Shown here: positions 7,844 to 14,525 of the stretch, piece by piece
How positions within the stretch are numbered: the stretch's first letter is position 1
How the letters are laid out: every line of letters begins with the position of its first letter
Origin: Geminisphaera colitermitum TAV2
Lineage (GTDB): Bacteria > Verrucomicrobiota > Verrucomicrobiia > Opitutales > Opitutaceae
DNA: 24,000 bases
Assembly: GCF_000171235.2 (NCBI RefSeq)
Contig: NZ_ABEA03000006.1
Location: forward strand, 14,344 to 38,343
Reading direction: 5' to 3'
Program-made: the position numbers and the translations under genes
The notes under the pieces: model-generated
What the model was told of the DNA's origin: nothing
The model's input: the letters and a program-made list of their open reading frames with translations, nothing else
The model's database searches: none

Positions 7844-8731
7844 TTATCCCCGGAGGCGGCGCACGTGATACTCGCCGCCAAGGACTAGGTATTCGGACTC
7901 GCCTTGCAGGATGGGGGGGGGGAGCAGGCCGCTGAAAAAAACAATCTTGGCCAGTGGCACGGCGACTTCCCAGACGTGGTGCCCGAATTCCCAGGCGACT
8001 TCGGGGTCGGAGGAAAAGGAGCTGAGGTTGTTGAGTTCGACCAGCATCCGGTCGTCGTGCGGCTGCTCGTCGCGCGGAGGGGAGGGGGGGGAATGCGGAG
8101 TGCGGAGTGCGGGATGCGGAATGAGGGTGTATTCGTCGGGATCGTGGGTGCCGCGATAAAGGGTGATCCAGCGTTGGTCGGGGCGACGGCGGGCGAGTTC
8201 ATCCTGACAAAAGGTGTAGAGCAAATCGAGTTGCATGAAGAGGCTGGGCGTGCGCGCGGCTCCTTTCATGCGGTCGAGCGCGTATCGTTCGCGCGCCGCC
8301 GGTTCGGTCGCAAGGCGTCCGTGGTGATAGGTGGCGCGCAGGCCGAAACGGCTTTCCACCCAGGCCTTGAGCGCGGCCCCGGAGAGGCTGTTGCTGTCCA
8401 CGCCCCAGTTGCGCAGCGAGGCGAGGTAGCTGTGCCGCAGGCAGAGTTGGGCGGGGCCGGAGACGTCGGTCCATTCGTGCAGGCGGAATTTTACCGAGAC
8501 GTAGTCATGGAAAACGCGCCCGCGTTCGGCGGGATCGTCGATGCCGGCGAGGCGTTGCCAGAGGCGGCGGTCGGTGAGGTGAACGTGATCGAGTTCGAGC
8601 GGTTGAGGCGCGTCCTGAAATTCCCAGGAGGAAATCGCCCACGGCGAGAGGTTGCAGTGATTGAAACGGGTGGGAAGGGAGGGAGGGGCGGGCGGGGGGG
8701 GAGAGGTGGGAGGGGGCGTGGTAGCGGTCAT
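7844..8731 (-). CDS. DraT-like (NAD+--dinitrogen-reductase ADP-ribosyltransferase family) protein
   Basis: NWGVDSNSLSGAALKAWVESRFGL resembles my recollection of the DraT family core. R-S-E ART triad candidates are LYRGT, LNNLSSFSSD and QGESEYLVLGG. Pro-rich N-terminus. No nif or draG genes nearby. Confidence 0.6.
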   Translation of the reverse strand: MTATTPPPTSPPPPAPPSLPTRFNHCNLSPWAISSWEFQDAPQPLELDHVHLTDRRLWQRLAGIDDPAERGRVFHDYVSVKFRLHEWTDVSGPAQLCLRHSYLASLRNWGVDSNSLSGAALKAWVESRFGLRATYHHGRLATEPAARERYALDRMKGAARTPSLFMQLDLLYTFCQDELARRRPDQRWITLYRGTHDPDEYTLIPHPALRTPHSPPSPPRDEQPHDDRMLVELNNLSSFSSDPEVAWEFGHHVWEVAVPLAKIVFFSGLLPPPILQGESEYLVLGGEYHVRRLRG

Positions 8732-8789
8732 TTTTTTTTAACAATGATGAGACTGGCCGGGCGCGATTATCCAAGTTTCAAATCAGGGC

Positions 8790-9920
8790 ATGAGTCTTCG
8801 TGACGATCCGCTTGATTGGGTGGCGCTCGACCGGTTGCGCGCCGGGTTTCTCTCCGGACAGGCGGCGGGGCGCGGGCCGTATTGGGAGAGTGAACGCGAT
8901 CTTGAGTCCTACGATGCGACGTATGGGGAGCGCATCGGCTGGAAGTGGGACGCGGTGCTGGCGGAGTTGCGCGAGCGCGGCTGGCGTCCTCCGGCGGGTG
9001 CGGTGTTGCTCGATTGGGGCTGCGGGAGCGGTGTCGCCGGACGCAGGGTGGCGGGGGCGTTTGGCGCGGGGTGTTTTGTCGCGGCGCGCGTGTGGGATCA
9101 TTCGGCGCTGGCGCGGCGTTTCGCGCTGGACCGGTTGCGCAGGGAATTTCCGGGCATCGGCGATGTGGGCGAGTGGACGGGACTGGCTGGCGGCGGGGGG
9201 GGGGGGGGAGGGGATGCGCCGTTGGTGCTGGTGGTGAGCCATGTCATCAATGAGTTGTCCGCTGATGATCGCAGCCGGCTGATCGCCTTGGCCGCGGGGG
9301 CGGCGGCGGTCTTGTGGGTGGAGCCCGGCACGCACGCGGACAGCCGGGCGCTCGCGGCGGTGCGGGACGAATTGTTGGCGGCACCACCGACGGCGACGAC
9401 AGCGAACGGGGCGTGGCGGATTGTGGCGCCCTGCACGCATCGGGAGGGGTGTCCGTTGTTTCAGCAGGCGAACGAACGGCATTGGTGTCATTTTTTTGCG
9501 CCGCCTCCGCGGGGCGTGCAGAACGATTCAGGATGGGTGCGTTTTGGGCAGCGTGCGGGAATTGATCTGCGCAGTTTGCCATATTCGTTTCTGGTCATGG
9601 AGCGTGTGAGCGGTGGGATGGCAGGGACGGAGAAGGCGGAGACGGTGGCGGCGGGAATGGCGAATGGAATTGATGAACAAAATCGTGATGCGACGCGTGT
9701 GTTGGGGCGTCCGGAGGTGTTTAAGGGGTATGCGCGCATGTTGGGGTGCGATGGCGCGGGGTTGACGGAGTTGGAATTGCAGAAGCGCACCGATCCGGCT
9801 TTTTTCAAGGAACTGGAACGTCGGCCCGGCATTCCGTTGTTCCGCTGGAGACATGACGGGCGGCGGATTGCCGAGGTGGAGCGGGTGGTGCGGAGCGGCG
9901 AACAGGGCGGAGAGGTATAA
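8790..9920 (+). CDS. Rsm22-like class I SAM-dependent methyltransferase
   Basis: SAM motif I VLLDWGCGSGVAG. HVINELS. Cys cluster CTHREGCPL...WCHFFA as in the Rsm22 family. G14 run encodes a poly-Gly linker. Confidence 0.65.
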   Translation: MSLRDDPLDWVALDRLRAGFLSGQAAGRGPYWESERDLESYDATYGERIGWKWDAVLAELRERGWRPPAGAVLLDWGCGSGVAGRRVAGAFGAGCFVAARVWDHSALARRFALDRLRREFPGIGDVGEWTGLAGGGGGGGGDAPLVLVVSHVINELSADDRSRLIALAAGAAAVLWVEPGTHADSRALAAVRDELLAAPPTATTANGAWRIVAPCTHREGCPLFQQANERHWCHFFAPPPRGVQNDSGWVRFGQRAGIDLRSLPYSFLVMERVSGGMAGTEKAETVAAGMANGIDEQNRDATRVLGRPEVFKGYARMLGCDGAGLTELELQKRTDPAFFKELERRPGIPLFRWRHDGRRIAEVERVVRSGEQGGEV

Positions 9921-9983
9921 TTGTGGGGAAAATGAGGCTTGCGCTTGGGCGAGCCGCGGCTTTGTTCCGCTTTTCCTCTGAAG

Positions 9984-10058
9984 GCCGATGTAGCTCAGTG
10001 GTAGAGCAGCGGTATCGTAAACCGCTGGTCGTCGGTTCGACTCCGACCATCGGCTCCA
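9984..10058 (+). tRNA. tRNA-Thr (anticodon CGU), CCA encoded
   Basis: Cloverleaf read by hand: acceptor GCCGATG/CATCGGC, D arm GCTC-AGTGGTA-GAGC, anticodon arm GCGGT-ATCGTAA-ACCGC (CGT), variable TGGTC, T arm GTCGG-TTCGACT-CCGAC, discriminator T, then CCA. Confidence 0.95.
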
Positions 10059-11284
10059 GTTTCGCAAAGCGATTCTTTGGGTTTTACGCTCATAATCTCC
10101 TGTAAGAAGCCATTTTGTGAAAGTTCGACTAATGAGGCACAAAGGGTGAGGAATTTTGATGTATCAGCAGTGCGCTCACTCGTGAGTGTGTCTTTCGCTG
10201 CTACATCGACGGGGTCTCCCAGCCACGGAAGTTTGATGATTTCCGAATGCAGGCCGATGGCGGGCATATCGGTGTAGATTTTCGCGGTCAGGTTCGCATC
10301 AGAATGTCCTAGAAACTCCTGCGCCGCCCGTTGGTTGATGCCTGCCCGGACGCCCATCGTCTGGAACGTCTTCCGAAAACTGTGAAAGGCGACGGTGCGG
10401 TTGAGTCCGTCGCGTTTCGGGATGCCGGCCGCTTTGATGTCCCGATCCAGCACGCGGAAATGGGGAAACTCCGGGAAAACTGGAGCGTCCGCCTTCGCAT
10501 CCTGCGGAGCGGCGGCGCGCAGCAATGCCGCCAGCCGGGGGTGCAACGGCAGGGGGCGCTTGGTCATGTCCTTTGTTGTTTCATCACGAACCAGCAAATA
10601 CGGCTGTTCTCCGGTCAGATGCAGGTCTCCCCATACCAGCGCCTGCGCCTCGCCCCTGCGGATGCCTGTATACGCAAGGAACCGATACAGGAGGCTGCGC
10701 GGGCCGCTCACCTCGAACAGGCGGGCGAGTTCTTCCGGGGTGAAAGCGCGGGTGTCGCGGACCTTTTGACCGCGAGTTTCGACATGGGGGACTTTGGCGA
10801 GGGGGTTGCGGGCGATGCGGTCCAGCCTCACCAGCCAGTTAAGGAAAATGCAGATGGATGCCTGATATTCGCGGACGGTTTTTGCCGCCAACTTGAGCGT
10901 GGAACGCCACTTTACAAACTGGTCTGCGCGGATGTCTGAAAGGCGTTTCCAGCCCGTTTCATTGAGGATTTTTTCGATGCAAAGGCGAGTAGTGCGAATA
11001 TGGCGCGGTGTGCGTTTGCGAGCCTGCAAATCGGCAACGAACTCGGTGAGCAAGGTGGTCAGCGGGAGGGCGGCGGTGTCGCGTTCGGTGCGCGGTGCAA
11101 TGATGCCCTCTTGCTCGCGCTGTTTTTCAACGATGATGTCGCGGAGCCGTTTGCGGGCAACGCGAACGTCGGGGGTGCCTAGGGCAACGGTGCGAGGTTT
11201 GTCGCCACGATTGAGGGCATAACGCCCGTAATACAGACGGGCGCGCTTGCCGTTGCGGAGGGGGCGGAAAACGTATTCGGTCAT
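9995..11284 (-). CDS. int: Tyrosine recombinase (phage integrase)
   Basis: Catalytic residues are readable: YTGIRRGE (Arg I), HSFRKTF (H-x-x-R), LGHSDANLTAKIYTD (His/Tyr). The N-terminal SAM-like domain has LTEFVADLQARKRTPRHI. The last ~21 codons are antisense to the tRNA. Confidence 0.9.
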   Translation of the reverse strand: MTEYVFRPLRNGKRARLYYGRYALNRGDKPRTVALGTPDVRVARKRLRDIIVEKQREQEGIIAPRTERDTAALPLTTLLTEFVADLQARKRTPRHIRTTRLCIEKILNETGWKRLSDIRADQFVKWRSTLKLAAKTVREYQASICIFLNWLVRLDRIARNPLAKVPHVETRGQKVRDTRAFTPEELARLFEVSGPRSLLYRFLAYTGIRRGEAQALVWGDLHLTGEQPYLLVRDETTKDMTKRPLPLHPRLAALLRAAAPQDAKADAPVFPEFPHFRVLDRDIKAAGIPKRDGLNRTVAFHSFRKTFQTMGVRAGINQRAAQEFLGHSDANLTAKIYTDMPAIGLHSEIIKLPWLGDPVDVAAKDTLTSERTADTSKFLTLCASLVELSQNGFLQEIMSVKPKESLCETGADGRSRTDDQRFTIPLLYH

Positions 11285-11285
11285 G

Positions 11286-11564
11286 TCAGCGCAGTTTGGT
11301 GAATTTGCCTTTGCTGTTCTCGATCCAGAACATCAAATCTTCCGCCCGGTATTGGTTGGAATTTCCGTGAAAACGGTAGTCACCAAAATCGTCAATCTGG
11401 CGGATGCGAAAGGCGCGGGGCTTGTTGTCGTCTCCTAAACCTTGGTAGTAGTATTTGGACGATTTCTTGATCGTCGCATAAAGGTCGAACGGACCTTTGC
11501 TAAAGCCAACAGGGGCGAGGTTGGCGGTTTCATCAACGGGGGGGAGTTCGGTTTGTGTGCTCAT
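11286..11564 (-). CDS. Hypothetical protein immediately upstream of int (possible excision/recombination directionality factor)
   Basis: 92 aa with plausible codon usage. The stop is 1 nt from the int start. No recognisable motif. Confidence 0.55.
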   Translation of the reverse strand: MSTQTELPPVDETANLAPVGFSKGPFDLYATIKKSSKYYYQGLGDDNKPRAFRIRQIDDFGDYRFHGNSNQYRAEDLMFWIENSKGKFTKLR

Positions 11565-11675
11565 TGCTTTGGTCGGGTTGTCTGGTCGGTATTTTTTTTT
11601 GGATACATTAAACCTCCCTCGCGCCGGGGCTTTGCCGACCAGAGCAAAGCACGCCGACGCGGGGAGGGTGAGTGG

Positions 11676-11975
11676 TCAGATTTCGCCGGGAGTGGGGGAT
11701 GCTTCGCCGGGTTTGGGGATTTGGGCGGCAACTTCGCCGGTGATGGGAAGGGCACGGCCAACGGGGCGGATTTGCAGGCCATGCACCTGCCAGCCTTGGG
11801 AATTGAGGGCGTTTTCGATGGAAACCATCGCGCTAAACAGTTCGGGCAACGAATGGGCGCGACGGTCGGAAATCGTGAAAAGAGGGATGAAACCACAAGG
11901 GCCAACTTCCTTGAGCACTACGGCAGGCTTTGGAGCCTTCTTGGTGGGTTTGGTTCGGGTAGGCGGGTTAGGCAT
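11676..11975 (-). CDS. Hypothetical small protein with Lys/Pro-rich N-terminus (candidate early regulator)
   Basis: 99 aa. Preferred over the overlapping 11561..11905 frame, which is Pro/Ser/Arg junk. Divergent from the RHH gene. N-terminal TKPTKKAPKP resembles the RHH protein tail TKAPKPTKKK. Confidence 0.55.
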   Translation of the reverse strand: MPNPPTRTKPTKKAPKPAVVLKEVGPCGFIPLFTISDRRAHSLPELFSAMVSIENALNSQGWQVHGLQIRPVGRALPITGEVAAQIPKPGEASPTPGEI

Positions 11976-12057
11976 AAGAATGCTTTGAGTCTAAACATCC
12001 TTGCCATGTCAACCTTTCTAACAGCGAAAAGATTGATAAACCTGCTATGATTGCTGC
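11976..12057. promoter_or_regulatory. Divergent regulatory (switch-like) region
   Basis: 82-bp AT-richer spacer between divergent genes. TATGAT (12046-12051) lies 6 nt before the ATG, suggesting a leaderless mRNA. Direct repeats TCTAAACA (11990-11997) and TCTAACA (12017-12023). Confidence 0.35.
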
Positions 12058-12363
12058 ATGGGAAAATCTAAAACTGCACAAATGCTTGGGGTTCATCTCG
12101 CTAACGACATTGTCGAAATGATCGAACGTCGTGCGTTGGTAATAGGCGTTACCAAGAGCCGTTTTGCGGCGATGGTATTCGAACACTGGCGGGCGGCAAA
12201 CTACCCGGCTATTTCCACCGTGGACAGCACGGCAAGGGCGATGGTTTTGCAGAGGATGAAAGAGGAAGCGGAAGGCTTCATTTCGGAGTCTGAGGCACAC
12301 GAGGCAAAGACCTCTGGTTCAAGGACGAAGGCTCCCAAGCCAACCAAGAAGAAAGCCGCATGA
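12058..12363 (+). CDS. Ribbon-helix-helix (CopG/Arc-like) DNA-binding protein, candidate repressor
   Basis: LGVHLANDIVEMIERRALVIGVTKSRFAAMVFEHW fits beta-strand-helix-helix. Basic KAPKPTKKKAA tail. This is the only plus-strand gene in the prophage. Confidence 0.6.
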   Translation: MGKSKTAQMLGVHLANDIVEMIERRALVIGVTKSRFAAMVFEHWRAANYPAISTVDSTARAMVLQRMKEEAEGFISESEAHEAKTSGSRTKAPKPTKKKAA

Positions 12364-12499
12364 TCCACGTCGATGCGAATCGTTGGCGAGAAGGCGCGGG
12401 CTGCGCGCAAACGCCGCCGCGCTACCGTTGCGGCTTATGCCTGAGTTGCCGTTACGCTAACCGGTCGGGTTGACAAGGCGGGGCAGGTGTGCCCTATTA

Positions 12500-12586
12500 G
12501 GGTCGTCTCCTAGGTCGGAAAGCGGTTAGGCCGTCAAGCTGGAGGGCGAAAGCCATCAGAGCCTCCGAATAGGAGACCCTTTTTTT
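12500..12586 (+). terminator. Large branched hairpin plus T7: intrinsic terminator, possibly the 3' end of a small RNA
   Basis: Basal stem gg-tc-gtctccta (12501-12512) / taggagaccc (12570-12579), followed by ttttttt. The interior has ggagg/cctcc and a gc-GAAA-gc tetraloop hairpin. Confidence 0.6.
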
Positions 12587-12591
12587 ACCCT

Positions 12592-13098
12592 TCAGTTTTT
12601 ATACATCGTTTGGAAAACGAGTTTTTTCCGCCCCACCCTTACCTCCTCGATTACGGTGGTTACTCCGCTGGCGTCTTTGTAAAGGTATTCGATGGCTTCG
12701 AGGCTCCGGTGCGTTTTCTTCTGCGATTTCCTGACCTTTTGGGCGTTTTTTAGATAGTAGGGGATGCGCAGGATGTCTGCGACTGTGACGGGGAGTTTGT
12801 CTTTCCCATGCTTGTTCAGGGCATGGTTCACTTCATCAATGGCCACGGCATGGGCCTTGTATCCGTTCAGGTTAAGGCCAGTGAGTCCAAATAGTCTTTG
12901 CGCCTCGCTTGGAGTGATCGGCATGTAATCGACAAAATCGTCCTTTTGCCGGGTTGGACGCGGGCCAAGATACCAGCGGCGCAACACGGATTCGGGGCGT
13001 GTCCACCAAAACCAAATGCCGCCGCAAATGGCGGCGGCGAGGGTGGCGAGGGTGGCGAGGATGGCGAGGATGGCGACAATGGGCGCGTGTTTGCTCAT
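12592..13098 (-). CDS. N-terminally membrane-anchored protein with BECR/PBECR-like (phage RNase-toxin-like) C-terminal domain
   Basis: Start at MSKHAPIVAILAILATLATLAAAICGGIWFWW (TM). The C-terminal AIDEVNHALNKHGKDKLPVTVADILRIPYYLKN...VTTVIEEVRVGRKKLVFQTMYKN resembles the H-x3-KHG...IP...EEVR.GRK.L...T.YK pattern I recall from PBECR domains of polyvalent phage proteins. Confidence 0.45.
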   Translation of the reverse strand: MSKHAPIVAILAILATLATLAAAICGGIWFWWTRPESVLRRWYLGPRPTRQKDDFVDYMPITPSEAQRLFGLTGLNLNGYKAHAVAIDEVNHALNKHGKDKLPVTVADILRIPYYLKNAQKVRKSQKKTHRSLEAIEYLYKDASGVTTVIEEVRVGRKKLVFQTMYKN

Positions 13099-13664
13099 GC
13101 GGAAGGGGCGGGTTTTGCGCGAGTGAGGAGGTGCCACGCAATGAAAAACGCCCCTGCCACGGCCACAAGCACGCCCGCAATCCAGAGACCAGCGGGCGAG
13201 GAAAGCAGGTGGCAGACAGCGGCTCCTAGTCCCGCGCAGACAGCCGCAAGCCAATGCGCACGCCAGGCGAGGAGACCGGCCAGCGCGAGGCACGCGAGGG
13301 CGGCGAAGGTGTAAATGAGCACGCGCTTCCCCGTTGCTTGTTCAGCCGGGGAGGGGGGAGTGAAGGCTTGCGGTGCCGTGGCAGTCTCCTTGCGTGTAGT
13401 GAGTTTTACACTACTGTCTTTCGGGAGCTTGGCCGTGAATGTCCCCAGTGTTTCCGAAAACGTGACTTCCGTTCCTGCCGGGAGCGTGAAAGACGCCTCG
13501 CCGGTTTCGGCGGATGCCGTGGCAGGTTTCACCGCATCTCCAGTCTGTGAAACGCGGACGCCCCCGGACCGCGCAACGGCAGACGGAGGCTTGGCTTTGT
13601 GTGCGGTCTGGCAGGCCGGGAAAACCGCAAGGCACGCAAAAAGAACGAAGAAACGGGCGTTCAC
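13095..13664 (-). CDS. Lipoprotein with C-terminal TM helices (unimolecular-spanin-like architecture)
   Basis: GTG start overlaps the upstream stop (GTGA). Signal plus lipobox FACLAVFPAC, a Thr/Ala/Pro-rich periplasmic part, and a hydrophobic C-terminus (VLIYTFAALACLALAGLLAW..., LWIAGVLVAVAGAFFIAW). Confidence 0.6.
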   Translation of the reverse strand: MNARFFVLFACLAVFPACQTAHKAKPPSAVARSGGVRVSQTGDAVKPATASAETGEASFTLPAGTEVTFSETLGTFTAKLPKDSSVKLTTRKETATAPQAFTPPSPAEQATGKRVLIYTFAALACLALAGLLAWRAHWLAAVCAGLGAAVCHLLSSPAGLWIAGVLVAVAGAFFIAWHLLTRAKPAPSA

Positions 13665-13906
13665 GGATGCTTTGTCGTTTGGCGAACCAAGTCCGTCAGA
13701 ATCGCACGTAATTCCTCGTTTTCTTCGGCGAGGTTATCACATTCGCGGCGGAGGGCGGCGGTGTATTCAGGGTCAATCGAGTGTGAGTCCGAGAAGGCGT
13801 AATCTTCACGGCTTTCCTGCGTGGAGCATCCCGAAAGGACTAAAAAACCTGTGACGAACAAGGCGAAGCCTCCGATGTAGGTGGCAATGGTTGTGATCGT
13901 TCTCAT
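13661..13906 (-). CDS. Small lipoprotein with coiled-coil tail (spanin-like)
   Basis: 81 aa. Lipobox FLVLSGC. C-terminal EYTAALRRECDNLAEENEELRAILTDL. ATGA overlap with the upstream gene. Confidence 0.6.
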   Translation of the reverse strand: MRTITTIATYIGGFALFVTGFLVLSGCSTQESREDYAFSDSHSIDPEYTAALRRECDNLAEENEELRAILTDLVRQTTKHP

Positions 13907-14079
13907 TGTGTATTGTTTTTTTGGTTACGGATTTCGCGCCATTTTTGGACGCACGAAAGAATCATGAAGGCGGCGGTGGCGAGCCCGGCGAGGATGGACG
14001 CCACCGTTGAAACGTCGGTTAGCGCGAAGTCCACCGACAGGCCAAGCAGGCCGATGCAGAGTTTGTCGGTTGTATTCAT
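13903..14079 (-). CDS. Holin-like small 2-TM protein
   Basis: 58 aa from the internal ATG: MNTTDKLCIGLLGLSVDFAL...VASILAGLATAAFMILSCV, then the charged tail QKWREIRNQKNNTQ. ATGA overlaps on both sides. Confidence 0.6.
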   Translation of the reverse strand: MNTTDKLCIGLLGLSVDFALTDVSTVASILAGLATAAFMILSCVQKWREIRNQKNNTQ

Positions 14080-14525
14080 TTTTTGGTTTTTGAGAGTTTT
14101 CCAATCAGCCAGAAAGCGATCAAACCGACTGGCAGGACGGCGAGCAGCGTAAGCCATGCGCTGGCACTGGAGGTTTTGCCGGTGAGCACGTAGTTGACGT
14201 AACTTTCGCAATTACGGGTCAACCAATTGAATTTGGGCGGGTTGGAAGCAAACGCGACTGCTCTTGCCTCCATTTCCGGCGTCAGAGCAACCCCTTGATT
14301 TTCCACGAGTTTTCTCCCGTTGAAAAATTGACTTGTGCTTTCTCGCACAAGTCCAGTTCGCCCAAACGAGATTATCGTGTCGCTTGCAAATTGGATGCCA
14401 CTGTGACGAAAAAATGGAACGGTCCGGGCCGTGGCACGGATTACATTTATTCGCTTCGCCTGTGTCGGCAGAGGCGGCAGTCCACACACGGAAACCTCCG
14501 CCTCTTTTGTGTCTGCGTTAGTCAT
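14076..14525 (-). CDS. LRAT/NlpC-P60-like (H-box/NC) hydrolase with C-terminal TM anchor, candidate endolysin
   Basis: Start at MTNADTKEAE (ATGA overlap). His box FFRHSGIQFASDTIISF and Cys box NWLTRNCESYVNYVLTGK match the LRAT-type His...NCE arrangement. C-terminal WLTLLAVLPVGLIAFWLIG. Confidence 0.55.
   Translation of the reverse strand: MTNADTKEAEVSVCGLPPLPTQAKRINVIRATARTVPFFRHSGIQFASDTIISFGRTGLVRESTSQFFNGRKLVENQGVALTPEMEARAVAFASNPPKFNWLTRNCESYVNYVLTGKTSSASAWLTLLAVLPVGLIAFWLIGKLSKTKK

Noticed and set aside
8084-8125. Short tgcgga(g/a) tandem repeats as a regulatory or mobile feature
   Set aside because: They lie in frame within the DraT-like CDS and simply encode a PHPALRTPHS low-complexity insertion. 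They are mentioned under that finding rather than as a separate element.
11561-11905. 114-aa minus-strand ORF overlapping 11676..11975
   Set aside because: Its translation is Pro/Ser/Lys/Arg-rich and it overlaps the start of 11286..11564. The 11676..11975 frame has better third-position GC bias and a globular-looking core.
13315-13854. 179-aa plus-strand ORF
   Set aside because: It is antisense to two lipoprotein genes that have clear signal peptides, lipoboxes and start/stop coupling.
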